DNA of 64,000 nucleotides from an uncultured Acidobacteriota bacterium (GCA_963779415.1 CAVZYA010000001.1:516519-580518), one strand, 5' to 3'. Counted from the stretch's first letter, positions 1-11,434 are shown. Notes: generated from the sequence alone by a model not told the origin. Made by a program: numbers and translations.

Positions 1-1158
1 GCCCACCTGGGTGATCCAGGCGTCGAAGGGACCGTCCCGATCGGAAAGAAACGCGACAAACGTCCCGTCGTTCGAGATCGCCGCGTCCACCTCGGACCCT
101 TCCCAGTCCGTCAGCCGCGTGAAGCGGGCGCCGGCAAGAGGGTTCTTCCAGAAGTAGTCGCGCTGACGGAGACGCCATCCGCCGATCCCGAGGGCAAGCA
201 GAATCGCCGCGGCGATGACCGCCGGGATCCACCAGCGTCGTCGGCGGATCCGCTCGGTCACTCTCGGAAAGCCCTCGGGCGCGCTGATGGCCTCAGAAAG
301 ATGATCTCGAATCGTCGCGAGCTCGCGAGCGAGATCCTCCGTCGAGGCGTATCGGTTCCGCGGCTCCTTGGCCAGGCATCGCTCGATGATCCAGCGAACG
401 GGGGCCGGTATCTTCGGATTCAGCGCCGAGATCGGCCCGGGCTCGTCCTGAATGATCGCTGTCAGCGTTTGCGGCGGCGAGGCACGCTGGAAAGCGCGCA
501 TCCCCGTCGCCATTTCGTAGAGGATCGACCCGAACGAGAACTGGTCCGACCGGAAGTCGACAGACCCTCCCGTCGCCTGCTCGGGAGACATGTAGCCGAC
601 GGTCCCCAGAACGACACCCGCACCGGTCTGGCCCGATACCGTCGGCGCCTGCGTCGCTTCGCCGCCGCTCGTGTCCGGCTGCGTCAGCTTCGCCAGGCCG
701 AAGTCCAGAATCTTGACTAGGCCGTCGTCGGTCAGCATGAGGTTTTCGGGCTTCAGGTCCCGGTGGACGATCCCCGCGGCATGGGCCTTCGCCATGCCTT
801 CAGCCACCTGCGTGCCGACTTGAAGGAGCCGGCGAACCGGCAGCGCTCCCTGCAGCAGTACGGACCGGAGGGAGTCCCCCTTCACCAGCTCCATCGCGAT
901 GTAGGAGATGGAATCGGCCGTGCCGATGTCGTGGATCGCGACGATGTTCGGGTGGTTGAGCGCCGACGCTGACTGCGCCTCGCGTTCGAAGCGCTTCAGA
1001 CGCTGCGGGTCCGAGGCGACTTCGGCGGGCAGTACTTTGATTGCCACCTCACGGCCGAGCCGCGTGTCCCGCGCGCGGTAGACCTCGCCCATTCCTCCGG
1101 CCCCGAGCAGGCCGAGCAGCTCGTAGGGGCCCAGCCGCGTTCCGGACGAGACGTGCAT
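1..1158 (-). CDS. Hanks-type Ser/Thr protein kinase. Start codon at 1158-1156; C-terminal (beta-propeller/TolB-like?) part runs off the window start.
   Basis: Reverse-strand translation [31 protein letters not shown]...VAIKVL...[11 protein letters not shown]...DFGLAK...[10 protein letters not shown], i.e. glycine loop, [15 protein letters not shown] and APE motifs. After the kinase domain comes a TM-like segment [22 protein letters not shown]. Confidence 0.85.
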   Translation of the reverse strand, partial: MHVSSGTRLGPYELLGLLGAGGMGEVYRARDTRLGREVAIKVLPAEVASDPQRLKRFEREAQSASALNHPNIVAIHDIGTADSISYIAMELVKGDSLRSVLLQGALPVRRLLQVGTQVAEGMAKAHAAGIVHRDLKPENLMLTDDGLVKILDFGLAKLTQPDTSGGEATQAPTVSGQTGAGVVLGTVGYMSPEQATGGSVDFRSDQFSFGSILYEMATGMRAFQRASPPQTLTAIIQDEPGPISALNPKIPAPVRWIIERCLAKEPRNRYASTEDLARELATIRDHLSEAISAPEGFPRVTERIRRRRWWIPAVIAAAILLALGIGGWRLRQRDYFWKNPLAGARFTRLTDWEGSEVDAAISNDGTFVAFLSDRDGPFDAWITQVG

Positions 1159-1243
1159 GGCTCGTTCTTGAGACTGCCTCTCAGATTATAGGCCCGGGCA
1201 CCGGACCGCTCCGATCCCGCGCCGCCGTTATAATCTCTCCGGC

Positions 1244-2464
1244 ATGTCGACGACCGTCTCGCCGAAGGTCTCCCACCGGGGCGAGGTGATGCCCCCCTCC
1301 CCGATCCGCAAGCTGATGCCGCTGGCCGACGAGGCGAAGAAGCGCGGCGTGAAGGTTCTCCACCTGAACATCGGGCAGCCGGATCTCGAGACGCCCGAGC
1401 CGATGCGCCGGCGCCTGGCCCTCCTGAAGGAGAAGGTCTACGCCTACTCGCCCTCCGGCGGAACGCCGGAGTATCTCGACTTCCTGGCGACCTACTACCG
1501 CCGGATGGGGATCGACCTTGCGCCCGGCGAGATCCTCGGGACGACCGGCGGGAGCGAGGCGATCCTCTTCGCCTTCATGGCCTGCTCCGATCCGGGGGGC
1601 GAGATCCTGACGGTGGAGCCCTTCTACACGAACTACCGCTCCTTCGCGACGATGGCGGGGCTGTCGCTCTGCCCGATCGTGACGCGCGGCGAGGACGGGT
1701 TCCACCTTCCGGGGCGCCCCGAGTGGGAAAAGGTCCGGACGCCGAAGACGCGCGTCGTCCTCCTCTGCAACCCGAACAATCCGACCGGGACCGTCTACTC
1801 CGGCGAGGAGATCCATGTCGTCGCGGAGTTCTGCCGCGACCACGGGCTCTTCTTCATCTGCGACGAGGTCTACCGGGAGTTCCTCTACGACGGGCGGGGG
1901 TCCCGGAGCGCCCTCTCCCTCGCCGGCTTCGAGGAACAGGTCGTCGTCGTCGACTCCCTCTCGAAGCGCTTCTCCGCCTGCGGCATCCGGCTCGGCGCCC
2001 TCGTGACGCGCAACGCCGACGTCGCCGGCGCTGCGGGCCGGATGGCACAGGGGCGGCTCTCGCCTCCCGGCCTCGCCCAGTTCATCGCTCCCGGCGCGCT
2101 GGAGCTGGGGCCGGAGTACTACCGGGGGGTCGTGACCGAGTACCAGAAGCGGCGCGACACCCTCTACGAAGGGCTCTCGAAGATCCCCGGCGTCCTCCTT
2201 CGGAAGCCGGAGGGGGCGTTCTACTTCGTCGCCCGGCTGCCGATCGCGGACAGCGACGACTTCGCCGCGTGGCTCCTCACCGACTTCTCCCTCCGCGGCA
2301 AGACCGTGATGGTCGCCCCCGCCAGCGGCTTCTACGTGACGCCGGGACTCGGGAAGAACGAGGTCCGGATCGCGTACGTCCTGAAGGACGAGGAGCTGCA
2401 CGAAGCCGTGCAGCTCCTCGCCTCCGCGCTTCCCGTCTACCGGAGGGCCCGGAACCTCGTCTGA
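1244..2464 (+). CDS. PLP-dependent aminotransferase, class I/II (aspartate/aromatic aminotransferase-like)
   Basis: 406 aa ORF with a PLP-lysine motif context (SLSKRFSACGIRLG) and the typical fold-type I length. A GAGG-less but AT-poor leader precedes the ATG at 1244. Confidence 0.8.
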   Translation: MSTTVSPKVSHRGEVMPPSPIRKLMPLADEAKKRGVKVLHLNIGQPDLETPEPMRRRLALLKEKVYAYSPSGGTPEYLDFLATYYRRMGIDLAPGEILGTTGGSEAILFAFMACSDPGGEILTVEPFYTNYRSFATMAGLSLCPIVTRGEDGFHLPGRPEWEKVRTPKTRVVLLCNPNNPTGTVYSGEEIHVVAEFCRDHGLFFICDEVYREFLYDGRGSRSALSLAGFEEQVVVVDSLSKRFSACGIRLGALVTRNADVAGAAGRMAQGRLSPPGLAQFIAPGALELGPEYYRGVVTEYQKRRDTLYEGLSKIPGVLLRKPEGAFYFVARLPIADSDDFAAWLLTDFSLRGKTVMVAPASGFYVTPGLGKNEVRIAYVLKDEELHEAVQLLASALPVYRRARNLV

Positions 2465-3991
2465 TCAGTGCTTCGACGTCTTCACGACCGGCTGGTCGGG
2501 GACGTCGATCTGCGCCTTCTGGATCTTTCCGGAGTAGTCGACGTAGATCGACTTCCACTCGGAAAAGACGTCGAGGCCCGCCGTGCCCGCCTCGCGGTGG
2601 CCGTTCCCCGTCTGCTTGATCCCGCCGAACGGAAGATGGGTCTCGGCCCCGATCGTCGGGAGGTTCACGTAGAAGATTCCGGCCTCGAGGTCCCGCATCG
2701 CCGTGAAGGCCTTGTTGACGTCCTGCGTGAAGATAGCCGAGGAGAGGCCGTAATCGCTGTCGTTCGCGACGTCGATCGCCTCCTCGAGGGACCCGACGGG
2801 GATCACGACAGTCACCGCCCCGAAGATCTCCTCGCGGGCGATCCTCATCTTCCGGTCCCCGTCGCCGAAGACGGTCGGCGAAAGGAACCATCCCCTGTCG
2901 AACGCCTTGCCCGTCAGTCGCCGTCCTCCCGCGACGAGCTTCGCCCCTTCGGCTTTTCCGATCGAGATGTAGTCGAGGACGGTGTCGAGCTGGCTCTCGT
3001 TGATGGCGGGGCCCATCTCGACGCTCTCGTCGAGGCCGCTCCCCACCTTCAGGGCCTTCGCCCGCTCGGCGAGAAGCTCCGTGAACTTCCTCGCGACCTT
3101 CCGGTGGACGAGGAGGCGCGAGGAGGCCGTGCACCGCTGTCCGCTCGTTCCGAAGGCCCCCCAGATCGCACCGTCCACGGCCAGCTCGAGGTTCGCGTCC
3201 TCAAGGACGATGATCGGGTTCTTCCCCCCCATCTCCAGGTGGACGTGCTTGAACGTGGGCGCGCAGGCCTCGTTGATCTTCTGCCCCACGGACGTCGAGC
3301 CGGTGAAGGAGATGACCTTCACGCGGGGATCCCTGATGATCGGGTTTCCGACCTTCGAGCCGCTCCCCGTGACGACGTTGAAGACCCCTTTCGGGAGGCC
3401 GGCTTCCTCGAGGGCCTGGGCGAAATGGATGACCGAATGCGGCGTGTCGGTGGCCGGCTTGATGACGATCGTGTTGCCGCAGATGAGCGCCGCCGTCGAC
3501 TTCCAGGCCGGGATCGCCATCGGGAAGTTCCACGGGGTGATGAAGCCGCAGACGCCGATCGGCGCACGGACCGACATCGCGAACTTGTCCGGCAGCTCGG
3601 AAGGAGTCGTCTGCCCGTGGAGCCGCCGCCCCTCGCCGGCCATCAGGAACGCCATGTCGATGGCCTCCTGCACGTCGCCGCGCGCCTCCTTCAGGACCTT
3701 CCCCATCTCGCGAGTCATCGCGCGTGCGTACTCCTCCTTCCGCTCCCGGAGGATCTGGCCGAGCCGGTAGAGGACCTCGCCCCGCTGCGGGCCCGGGACG
3801 AGCCGCCAGCTCCGGTAGGCTTCCGTCGCCGCGTCGACGGCATCTTTCACGTCACGCTCGTCCGAATCGGCGAAGCGTCCGATCAGGTCGGAGACGTCGG
3901 CCGGGTTACGGTTCTCGAAGGTCTTTCCCGAGCGGGCGCTGACCCACTCGCCTCCGATGAAGTTCCGGAGCACGGGAACGTTGCTCTTCAT
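2465..3991 (-). CDS. NAD(P)-dependent aldehyde dehydrogenase
   Basis: 508 aa. ALDH hallmarks FTGSTSVG, catalytic ELGGKNP/EMGGKNP region and a GQRCTA(S) cysteine motif. Confidence 0.9.
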   Translation of the reverse strand: MKSNVPVLRNFIGGEWVSARSGKTFENRNPADVSDLIGRFADSDERDVKDAVDAATEAYRSWRLVPGPQRGEVLYRLGQILRERKEEYARAMTREMGKVLKEARGDVQEAIDMAFLMAGEGRRLHGQTTPSELPDKFAMSVRAPIGVCGFITPWNFPMAIPAWKSTAALICGNTIVIKPATDTPHSVIHFAQALEEAGLPKGVFNVVTGSGSKVGNPIIRDPRVKVISFTGSTSVGQKINEACAPTFKHVHLEMGGKNPIIVLEDANLELAVDGAIWGAFGTSGQRCTASSRLLVHRKVARKFTELLAERAKALKVGSGLDESVEMGPAINESQLDTVLDYISIGKAEGAKLVAGGRRLTGKAFDRGWFLSPTVFGDGDRKMRIAREEIFGAVTVVIPVGSLEEAIDVANDSDYGLSSAIFTQDVNKAFTAMRDLEAGIFYVNLPTIGAETHLPFGGIKQTGNGHREAGTAGLDVFSEWKSIYVDYSGKIQKAQIDVPDQPVVKTSKH

Positions 3992-4434
3992 GTCGCGTCC
4001 TTTCGCGGGGCGTCTCCGGCGGGTCCGTGCGGCCCGTCGGGAGACGCGACACCCTCGCCGCGCGCCTCCATGTCGACGCTCCCCCTGAATCTCGCTCCTT
4101 CGGCGATGACGATCTTCGGGGCCCGGATGTTCCCTTCGAGGGAGCCCGTCGGCAGCAGCTCGACCCTCTCGCCGGCGACGACGTTCCCGACGACATGGCC
4201 GCCGATGACGACGACGTTCGCGGTCACGTCGGCGAGGACCTCTCCTTCGGGTCCGACCCGGAACGAGCGGGCGACGTTCACGCGCCCCTCGATGCGGCCG
4301 TCGAAGAGCATGTCCTCCTCCCCCGTCAGATCCCCATGGAGGCGGACCTTGGGCCCGACGTAGGTACGCCGGACCTCGTGGCGGGGGGACTCCTTCTCGG
4401 GAGAAGGGGATCCGGACTTTCCGAAGATCGCCAT
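3988..4434 (-). CDS. Bactofilin (DUF583) cytoskeletal protein
   Basis: Repetitive beta-helix-like segments ([64 protein letters not shown]). ATG chosen at 4434 (MAIFGKSG...). The longer ORF to 4578 begins with TTG and GC-rich low-complexity sequence. Confidence 0.7.
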   Translation of the reverse strand: MAIFGKSGSPSPEKESPRHEVRRTYVGPKVRLHGDLTGEEDMLFDGRIEGRVNVARSFRVGPEGEVLADVTANVVVIGGHVVGNVVAGERVELLPTGSLEGNIRAPKIVIAEGARFRGSVDMEARGEGVASPDGPHGPAGDAPRKDAT

Positions 4435-4919
4435 TCGAAACGAAACGAGTGTAACCGGGCTCGTCGGGGGGAACAATGAAGCCGGAACATCAGACGCCCC
4501 AGGCTCTTCAGAAGCTCCGACTTCGGCTCGCCTGCCCGAAACGGGACAGGAGTTCTTACTTGTGCCTTCGGCGAACAAGGTAGACCGGCTTCCGGACCCC
4601 TACGTGTTCGGAACGCCCCCTTTTACGGTTCGCGTTAATTCATGTCGTCTAGTGCAAGTGCTTCATCGGCCTCGCCAGATTCCTATTTGACTCGAACGGA
4701 TTCTGGATATGATCGCCGCGAAGTCGCGATGAAGACGGAATCCGGGCGGTCGTCCTTGGCCTCCACTCGCTCGTTCTCAGCGGGAATTCCGGTCGATGCG
4801 AGCCCGGTCAGCCCAGGGAGATATTAATAATGATGGCTCAATAGAGGTCCGGCCTCTGGCGTTTCCCATTTCGTTCGAAGACGAGGAGAGGAATGAAAGG
4901 AAAGGGAGGAAAGGGATAA

Positions 4920-6053
4920 ATGAAAGAAGTCAGAAAGTCGTTCTTCCGGTTCGTTCTTCCAGCCGCGATCGTCGTTACGATTCTGGTGGCCGCGGCGCCC
5001 GCAAACGCCCAGGCCATCCTCAAGGTCTCGGACACGGTGAACCTCAAGTTCGGCATCCTCATGCAGGGGTGGGCCGACTGGCAGCAGACCCAGGCGGCTG
5101 GGGAGACGAATGGCTACGCGCAGAACCTCTTCCTCCGCCGGATGCGCATCCTGATGGCCGGCCAGGTCGCGAAGGACGTCACGTTCTTCCTCGAGACGGA
5201 CGACCCCAACCTCGGCAAGGCCCCGAAGAATCTCTACAACGTCGCGGACACGGCGACTTCGCCGGGATTCATCATCCAGGACGCGTTCATGCAGTGGAAG
5301 ATCGCGAACGAGTTCATGATCCAGGGCGGCCTCATCCTGATCCCGCTCTGCCGCAACTGCAACACGAGCGCCGCCTCGCTGCTGACGCTCGACTATGGAT
5401 CCTTCTCCTTCCTCGAGAGCGCGACCACGCAGTCGGTCGTCGGCCGTGACACCGGCTTCCAGGCCGTGGGCTATCTCCTGAGCGATCGCCTCGAGTACCG
5501 GGCCGGCGCTTATCAGGGCTTCCGCACGGCCAACTCCCACAACTCGTTCCGCTTCACCGGACGCCTCCAGTACGACTTCCTCGACGTCGAGAAGGGGCAG
5601 TTCTACCCGGGCACCTACCTCGGGAAGAAGAAGGTCCTCGCGATCGGCGCCGGCTACGACACGCAGGGCGACTACAAGGCGTACGCCTTCGACGGCTTCC
5701 TCGATCTCCCGGTCGGAAAGGGGAACGGGCTCACTGTCGAGGCGGACTTCGTCCACTACGACGGCGGAACCTTCTTCACGACCATGTACAACCAGGACAC
5801 GGAGATGGTCCGGGCCGGCTTCTACTTCGGCGGCGTCAAGCTGATGCCGTTCCTCCAGTACGAGAACGAGTCGTTCAAGGACGACATCCGGAAGGTCCTG
5901 AACAGCAGGAACTTCCAGGCGGGCCTCGCCTACTATCCCTACGGCTACAACTTCAACATCAAGCTCGCGTACACCCTCCGCGAGAGGCCGAACGACCCCG
6001 TGACCGCGAACACGAACGAGTTCACGCTCCAGATGCAGCTTTTCTACTTCTGA
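4920..6053 (+). CDS. Outer-membrane beta-barrel porin (phosphate-selective porin O/P-like)
   Basis: Signal peptide (MKEVRKSFFRFVLPAAIVVTILVAAAPANAQA), alternating amphipathic strands and a C-terminal ...LQMQLFYF ending in Phe. RBS GGAAAGGGATAA precedes the ATG. Confidence 0.6.
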   Translation: MKEVRKSFFRFVLPAAIVVTILVAAAPANAQAILKVSDTVNLKFGILMQGWADWQQTQAAGETNGYAQNLFLRRMRILMAGQVAKDVTFFLETDDPNLGKAPKNLYNVADTATSPGFIIQDAFMQWKIANEFMIQGGLILIPLCRNCNTSAASLLTLDYGSFSFLESATTQSVVGRDTGFQAVGYLLSDRLEYRAGAYQGFRTANSHNSFRFTGRLQYDFLDVEKGQFYPGTYLGKKKVLAIGAGYDTQGDYKAYAFDGFLDLPVGKGNGLTVEADFVHYDGGTFFTTMYNQDTEMVRAGFYFGGVKLMPFLQYENESFKDDIRKVLNSRNFQAGLAYYPYGYNFNIKLAYTLRERPNDPVTANTNEFTLQMQLFYF

Positions 6054-6118
6054 CACGACGTTCAGACGTCTCGTCGATTCCTGTTCTTTCGATAAATCAC
6101 GGAGGATAAGGAGGCTTC

Positions 6119-7345
6119 ATGGCGGAGGAAAAGCTACCCAACCGATGGATCATGGTCGTCGCGGCGCTGGTGATGCAGATATGCCTCGGCATCCTGTACG
6201 CCTACAGCGTCGTCCGGGGGCCCCTGACGAAGGAGCTCGGCTATACCGTCAAGGAAACCGGATACCCACTCATGGCCTCGTTCTTCTTCTTCGCGGTCGG
6301 CATGATCGTGGCCGGCCGCTGGCAGGACAAGGCCGGGCCTCGAACGGTCGGGCTCTTCGGCGGCGTGCTCCTCGCGATCGGGGCTGCGGTTGCCGGTGCG
6401 ATGTACAAGGACCTGACCATGCTGGTCATCGGCTACGGGGTCCTCGGTGGCCTCGGCGTCGGGTTCGCCTACGTCACACCGATCGCAACGTGCATCAAGT
6501 GGTTCCCTGACAAGAGAGGCACGATCACCGGCCTCGCGGTCTTCGGGTTCGGCGCGGGGACTCTCGTATTCGGGCCGCTGCTCTCCAGCCTCATCGCCAG
6601 CAGCGGCATCGCCACCACCTTCTACACCGTGGCCGTCATCATGCTCGTCTTCGTCTGTGGCTCCGCGGCCGTCTTCAAGGTCCCGCCCGCGGGCTACAAG
6701 CCCGCCGGATGGAACCCGCCGGCGCCCGCGCCGGGCGCACAGGTGATCAAGACGAACTACCTGCCGAGCGAGATCATCAAGACCGGCTCGTTCTGGATCC
6801 TCTGGTTCACCTACTTCATCGGCGCGTCGGCCGGCCTGATGATCATCGGGCAGGCGGTTCCCATCGGCGTCCAGGTGGCCAAGCTCACCGCGGCGGTGGC
6901 CGCCGGCGGCCTCGGCGTCATGGCCCTCCTGAACGGCCTCGGGCGGCTCTTCTGGGGGAGCGTCTCCGACAAGCTGGGCCGGACGAAGACCGTCATCGTC
7001 ATGTTCGTCGTCTACATCCTGGCCTTCGTCTTCGTCCTCCCGAACAGCAATACGTTCATGCTCTGGCTCGTGGGCATCTGCGCGGTCGGCTTCGCTTACG
7101 GCGGATACCTCGCTCTGATGCCTTCGCTCACGGCCGACTACTTCGGCACGAAGTCGCTCGGGGCGAACTACGGCTACCTCTTCACCGCGTGGGGCGTGGC
7201 CGGCGTGGGTGGCCCCTTCATGATCGACTGGATCAAGACGGCGACAGGCGCCTTCACGAACGCGATGTACGTCACGGCGGCCGCCTGCGTCGTCGGAATT
7301 ATTCTCGCTGCGATCGCGAAGCCCCCGAAACCGGAGGCCGCATAG
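6119..7345 (+). CDS. MFS transporter, oxalate:formate antiporter (OFA) family
   Basis: 408 aa, 12 predicted TM segments, OFA-type N-terminus (ILYAYSV...GYPLMASFFFFAVG...GRWQDKAGPR). RBS GGAGGATAAGGAGG upstream. Paralog at 49208..50467. Confidence 0.85.
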   Translation: MAEEKLPNRWIMVVAALVMQICLGILYAYSVVRGPLTKELGYTVKETGYPLMASFFFFAVGMIVAGRWQDKAGPRTVGLFGGVLLAIGAAVAGAMYKDLTMLVIGYGVLGGLGVGFAYVTPIATCIKWFPDKRGTITGLAVFGFGAGTLVFGPLLSSLIASSGIATTFYTVAVIMLVFVCGSAAVFKVPPAGYKPAGWNPPAPAPGAQVIKTNYLPSEIIKTGSFWILWFTYFIGASAGLMIIGQAVPIGVQVAKLTAAVAAGGLGVMALLNGLGRLFWGSVSDKLGRTKTVIVMFVVYILAFVFVLPNSNTFMLWLVGICAVGFAYGGYLALMPSLTADYFGTKSLGANYGYLFTAWGVAGVGGPFMIDWIKTATGAFTNAMYVTAAACVVGIILAAIAKPPKPEAA

Positions 7346-7466
7346 ACTTAGGAGAGAAACTCTCGTAAGTGATAAGCCCGCGGGGCCGGGAGTTCCGGGC
7401 CCGGCCTCGTGGGTCATCTCTCGCAAGGCACCGGATTCGCTCCGTCAGACTTAATAACGTGCCTTC

Positions 7467-8966
7467 ATGGAGGTCCAAAACATGGCGGAAAAAAGAAATG
7501 TCGAGATCAAGAGCCGACAGGACACGCTGGCTCTGATCACTCCAGAAATCAGGCCCTGGCCTGTCTCACCACCCCCTTCGCCGGAGGAAGTGAAGAAGTC
7601 CTACGCCAAGCGGAAAGCCGAGGTGTTCGGCCAGTGGCTCGAAGACAACATGCGTCTCGAGTATTCCTGGCAGAAACCCGAGGCCCTGCAGGGCCTGAAG
7701 GTCCTCGACATCGGGCTCTGGAGGCTGGGGCACAAGTTCGGCGCCTCCACGCTCGCGCAGGCCGGTGCCGAGGTGATCTGTATCGAGCCCCCCACGGGCG
7801 ACCCGCTCAGACAGCTGACCCCCTTCGGGCGGGAAGAGTACATGCTCGCCGACAAGGAAACCGGCGAGAAGTGCGGCCTCGGGTTCATCGACATACACCG
7901 GAACACGCACTCGGTCACCCTCAACGTCGAGACTCCGGAGGGGCAGGAGCTGTTCAAGAAGCTCGCGGTCCACGCCGACATCGTCCTTGACGGGATGCTC
8001 CCCGGCTACATGGACAACCTCGGGATCGGGTACCGGGACCTCTCCCAGATCAACTCCCGCCTCATCTACGTGAACGTCATGCTCCGGGGATCCTGGGGCC
8101 CGGCAAAAGACCGCGTCTCCAAGTTCGGCCAGTGGGAACTGGATCCCTTCGCGCAGGCGACCAATTCGTACATTCACAACACCGGCTTCGCTCAGGACGC
8201 GCTGCCGCGCGGCAAAGGGGGCGACCCGACCCGGGCCGGGTCGTGGCTCGCCGACTATGTCGCCGGCGAGCAGGCGGCCGTCAACGCCCTCGCGGCGATC
8301 TACTGGCGGGAAGAGGTCAGCAATGAGGGGCAGTTCATCGAGGTGACCGGCGCCGAGACCCTGATGGACATCCTCGACTTCGACATCTCCTGGTACGGCT
8401 TCAACGGCAGCATCAAGGCGCGGACAGGGGGATGGGACCCCAACCTGAACCAGTATGCGTGGAACCCGTGCCGGGACGGCTACATGATGATCGGCGGCCA
8501 GAGCGACCGGCTCTGGTACCGGATCGGCATGTGCATCGAGCGGGACTTCCCGCAGTTCGGCCGGCTCATCCACGAAGACCCCTTCCTGAAGGAAGTCGGC
8601 GCGCGGAACGCCCTCCACGCCCTCATCAAGACCTACACCGTCACGACGCGCTGGCTCCGGGAGACCAATCGGATCGAGGCCGAAGAGAAGCTGATGGACT
8701 ACGAGATCGCGGCCGGCCCGCTCCTCTTCATCGACGAGACCTGCGAGTTCCCCCACTTCAAGTACCGGCCCTGGGTCTACAACTGCGAGACGGACTACGG
8801 GACCGTCCTCTACTCGACGGTCAATAACGCCTATCAGATGAGGACGCCGCACCGGGTCAAGTGGCTCGGGAGACGGCTCGGCAAGGACAACTACGACGTC
8901 TACCAGCGCTGGGCCGGACTGGGCCCGAACAAGGTGGACCAGCTCAAGGGAAAGGGGGCGATCTAA
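7467..8966 (+). CDS. CoA-transferase family III (CaiB/BaiF/Frc-like), subunit 1. Alternative ATG at 7482 has the better RBS (GGAGGT).
   Basis: GLKVLDIG...[22 protein letters not shown] matches the family-III N-terminal Rossmann signature. 499 aa. Stop TAA overlaps the ATG of the next gene (TAATG). Confidence 0.85.
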   Translation: MEVQNMAEKRNVEIKSRQDTLALITPEIRPWPVSPPPSPEEVKKSYAKRKAEVFGQWLEDNMRLEYSWQKPEALQGLKVLDIGLWRLGHKFGASTLAQAGAEVICIEPPTGDPLRQLTPFGREEYMLADKETGEKCGLGFIDIHRNTHSVTLNVETPEGQELFKKLAVHADIVLDGMLPGYMDNLGIGYRDLSQINSRLIYVNVMLRGSWGPAKDRVSKFGQWELDPFAQATNSYIHNTGFAQDALPRGKGGDPTRAGSWLADYVAGEQAAVNALAAIYWREEVSNEGQFIEVTGAETLMDILDFDISWYGFNGSIKARTGGWDPNLNQYAWNPCRDGYMMIGGQSDRLWYRIGMCIERDFPQFGRLIHEDPFLKEVGARNALHALIKTYTVTTRWLRETNRIEAEEKLMDYEIAAGPLLFIDETCEFPHFKYRPWVYNCETDYGTVLYSTVNNAYQMRTPHRVKWLGRRLGKDNYDVYQRWAGLGPNKVDQLKGKGAI

Positions 8967-10354
8967 TGGCCGGCGAGATCAGACCCAAGAGTGCGGGCGA
9001 GCTGCATGAGATGCGGGCGCCCTACGAGGAGTTCTGCCGGAAGGCCTTCGATCCCGGCAACGAGCACTCGAAGCCCGAGTCGCTGAAGGGGATCCGGTGG
9101 CTCTCCTGCACGATGTACATCTTCACGCCCCACTCGGCCGCGAACCTGGCCGAGCTGGGCGCCGAGGTGATCAAGATCGAGATCCCCCGGATGGGCGACG
9201 CCATGCGGCACACCTCGCCCTTCAACGAGGCGTACCTCTATCCCCTCCACGACACCCGGCCGGGGACGGGAACCGGGTTCGGGTTCACGAACGCCAACCC
9301 GAACAAGCACTTCATCTCCCTCGACTATCACGTACCGGAGATGCGGGAAGTTTTCTACAACATGGTCCGGCAGAGCGACGGGCTGACCGAGCTCTACCGT
9401 CCCGGGACCTTTGACCGCTGGAAGATGAGCTACCCGACCCTCGCGCAGATCAACCCGCGGTTCATCTACGTCTGGGGCGGCGGGTTCGGCTACGGGCCGA
9501 AGGTCTTCGGGGGCTCCTATGACATCCTCGCGCAGTCCCACGCCGGGTTCGCGTCCATCACCGGAATGCACGACTTCATGGGCGGCCACTGCTCCAAGTC
9601 ATCCAACTGGGTCATGGACTGGGCCTCCGGCACCCTGATCACGTTCGGGATCCTCGCCTCCATTCTCTGGCGCCGGAAGACCGGCCTCGGCACCATGATC
9701 GAGTTCTCGCAGGTGCAGACCTCCACGATGTTCACCGAGTATGCCGTTCCTCTTTACGGCCGGTTCGGCATCGTCCGGCAGCGGTGGGGAAACTGGGACA
9801 CCCAGCTCTGCGCCCACGGGATCATCCTTTGCGGCAAATCCGACTTCCCCGATGCCCAAAACCCGCAGGACAAGTTTGACGCCCGGTACGTCATGGTCTC
9901 CGCCTTCCAGGATGCGGACTTCAAGGAACTCTGCAACGTCGTCGGCCGGAAAGACATCTACGATAAATACAAAACGCACAAGGACCGGCTCGACCCCCGG
10001 GCCCAGGTCGACATCTACCAGGCGCTCGAGAAATGGGCCGGAGACAAGACCCGGGCGGCGGTGGTCAAGGTCCTGACCGACGCCGGCATCCTCGCCTCCC
10101 CCGTCATGAACGACCGGGAAGTCTACGAGTACGAGCACTACCGCGAGCGGGGCACCGTCCGCTGGATCGACGACCCCCTCTTCGGCGACTTCCTCCTGCA
10201 GGCCGGCTACAGCGCCGGCCACCTGGCCAAGACCCCGAGAAGGACGAACTGGATCTGGCGGCCCGTTGGCGCCGACAATGTCAAGATCTACCGGGATCTG
10301 CTCGGCTATCCACTGAGCAAGATCGAGGAGTGGTATGGCAAGGCCTACATCTAA
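8966..10354 (+). CDS. CoA-transferase family III, subunit 2 (paralog of the upstream gene)
   Basis: [42 protein letters not shown] signature. Translationally coupled to the upstream paralog, suggesting a heteromeric enzyme. Confidence 0.85.
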   Translation: MAGEIRPKSAGELHEMRAPYEEFCRKAFDPGNEHSKPESLKGIRWLSCTMYIFTPHSAANLAELGAEVIKIEIPRMGDAMRHTSPFNEAYLYPLHDTRPGTGTGFGFTNANPNKHFISLDYHVPEMREVFYNMVRQSDGLTELYRPGTFDRWKMSYPTLAQINPRFIYVWGGGFGYGPKVFGGSYDILAQSHAGFASITGMHDFMGGHCSKSSNWVMDWASGTLITFGILASILWRRKTGLGTMIEFSQVQTSTMFTEYAVPLYGRFGIVRQRWGNWDTQLCAHGIILCGKSDFPDAQNPQDKFDARYVMVSAFQDADFKELCNVVGRKDIYDKYKTHKDRLDPRAQVDIYQALEKWAGDKTRAAVVKVLTDAGILASPVMNDREVYEYEHYRERGTVRWIDDPLFGDFLLQAGYSAGHLAKTPRRTNWIWRPVGADNVKIYRDLLGYPLSKIEEWYGKAYI

Positions 10355-10368
10355 AAGGAGGCAGCGCC

Positions 10369-10854
10369 GTGTGTGACATCATCTGGTGCAAGAAGCAGGT
10401 TTCCGGCAAGACGTGCAACACCGTCAATTACCTGGACCCGTACAACTTCTGGAACTGGGAAGGCAAGGTGAACTGCGCCGAGTGCGGGACCGTCTACGCC
10501 ATCCACATGATCCAGGGCTTCATGTACAAGGGGCCAACGGAGAAACCCGGAGAGAAGCCCGACATGAGTCCCCTCTACGCCGACAAGCCGCTGGAGGGCT
10601 ACCGGTGTTACCTTCCCGGGATCGAGGGCAGGACGAGGCCTTGGCAGTGCCTCCCCCGACATATCTACCTCGGCCACGCGGACACGGTGAAGTGGAGCCT
10701 CCGCGGAAGACCCGTGCGTGGCTGGCGTCCTCAGCCGAAGTCTGCAGGCATCGCTGGAAGCTTCGGCCACAAGTGGGATATCGAGAAACTCTCACCGGAG
10801 ATCTGGGCCGAATACCAGGAGAAGCTGAAGAGCGGGAAGCTGAAGGACTGGTGA
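10369..10854 (+). CDS. Hypothetical Cys/Trp-rich small protein (zinc-ribbon-like N-terminus)
   Basis: GTG start 15 nt after the CoA-transferase stop, preceded by AAAGGAGG. Cys pattern C-x4-C-x8-C...C-x2-C. Coding-like composition, 161 aa. Confidence 0.5.
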   Translation: MCDIIWCKKQVSGKTCNTVNYLDPYNFWNWEGKVNCAECGTVYAIHMIQGFMYKGPTEKPGEKPDMSPLYADKPLEGYRCYLPGIEGRTRPWQCLPRHIYLGHADTVKWSLRGRPVRGWRPQPKSAGIAGSFGHKWDIEKLSPEIWAEYQEKLKSGKLKDW

Positions 10855-10876
10855 GACATTCAGAAAGGAGCGCCAC

Positions 10877-11137
10877 ATGGCCGAGGGAAAACAGTTAACG
10901 CCTGAAGAATTCCTGGCTACGGTTCTCGTGCCGCAGTATGGCCGGGAAAGCGGGCACATGTGCTGGGATTGCAAGCACTTCAAACCGGTTCTGAAGGGCT
11001 CCAAGTTCCCGCCCACCGACACGATCGGCTGGTGCACGCAGATCCACTGGCCCTTCTACTGGTGCGTGACGGACTTCAACGTCGTCAAGAAGTGCTACGC
11101 CTTCGAGAAGGGCATTTACACCTTCAAGAAGTTCTGA
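10877..11137 (+). CDS. Hypothetical small Cys/Trp-rich protein (86 aa)
   Basis: RBS AAAGGAG 8 nt upstream of the ATG. CxxC plus three further Cys and many Trp. Tight spacing with neighbours. Confidence 0.55.
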   Translation: MAEGKQLTPEEFLATVLVPQYGRESGHMCWDCKHFKPVLKGSKFPPTDTIGWCTQIHWPFYWCVTDFNVVKKCYAFEKGIYTFKKF

Positions 11138-11138
11138 C

Positions 11139-11432
11139 ATGGAGGAGAACGTCCGGAAGGAGCTGGATACGCTCACGGGGATGGTGCTGACCTGGAAGAA
11201 GGACTATCTCGGGTCGGTATCATCCGATGAGGACTGCGAGTACCTCGCTCGGGAATTCCTGGACGAGGTGGAGACCCACGTCTACCCCTACGTGAGGAGG
11301 CTCATGGAATGCAATTTCCTCACGGGACCGGAGGCGACGGAGTTTCTCGACTCCTGCTATCGCCAGGCAGAGGAGCTGAACAAAGCCATCCAGCAGCCGG
11401 ACGCCAAACAGGGTGAAACGATAGGAGGGTAA
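11139..11432 (+). CDS. Hypothetical small acidic helical protein (97 aa) ending in ...ETIGG-stop
   Basis: ATG overlaps the upstream stop (TGACATGG). C-terminal diglycine immediately followed by TAA. Next gene starts 3 nt later. Confidence 0.5.
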   Translation: MEENVRKELDTLTGMVLTWKKDYLGSVSSDEDCEYLAREFLDEVETHVYPYVRRLMECNFLTGPEATEFLDSCYRQAEELNKAIQQPDAKQGETIGG

Positions 11433-11434
11433 AC

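Noticed and set aside
1181-2401. 406-aa minus-strand ORF antisense to the aminotransferase gene
   Set aside because: Arg/Gly/Pro/Asp-rich low-complexity translation typical of the reverse frame of a high-GC gene. The sense-strand ORF has clear PLP-aminotransferase motifs.
2468-4363. 631-aa plus-strand ORF across the aldehyde dehydrogenase and bactofilin loci
   Set aside because: Antisense to two well-supported minus-strand genes, with no motifs. An artefact of GC-biased codon composition.
7384-7406. Short inverted repeat GGCCGGG...CCCGGCC after the MFS transporter gene as a possible terminator
   Set aside because: Only a 7-bp stem, a 9-nt loop and no downstream T-tract. It may be a weak attenuator at most, and the adjacent possible sigma-54-like element suggests read-through is regulated instead.
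4824-7426. Long minus-strand ORFs (4824-6056 and 6134-7426) opposite the porin and MFS transporter
   Set aside because: Shadow ORFs. Translations are Arg/Asp/Glu-rich with no domains, whereas the plus-strand genes have a signal peptide and 12 TM helices.
11139-11432. 97-aa protein ending in GG as the Ubl of the E1/E2/JAB system
   Set aside because: Not rejected outright, but downgraded. It lies upstream of a strong intrinsic terminator in a different operon and appears all-helical. Its terminal GGAGGG doubles as the next gene's RBS, so the diglycine may be incidental.
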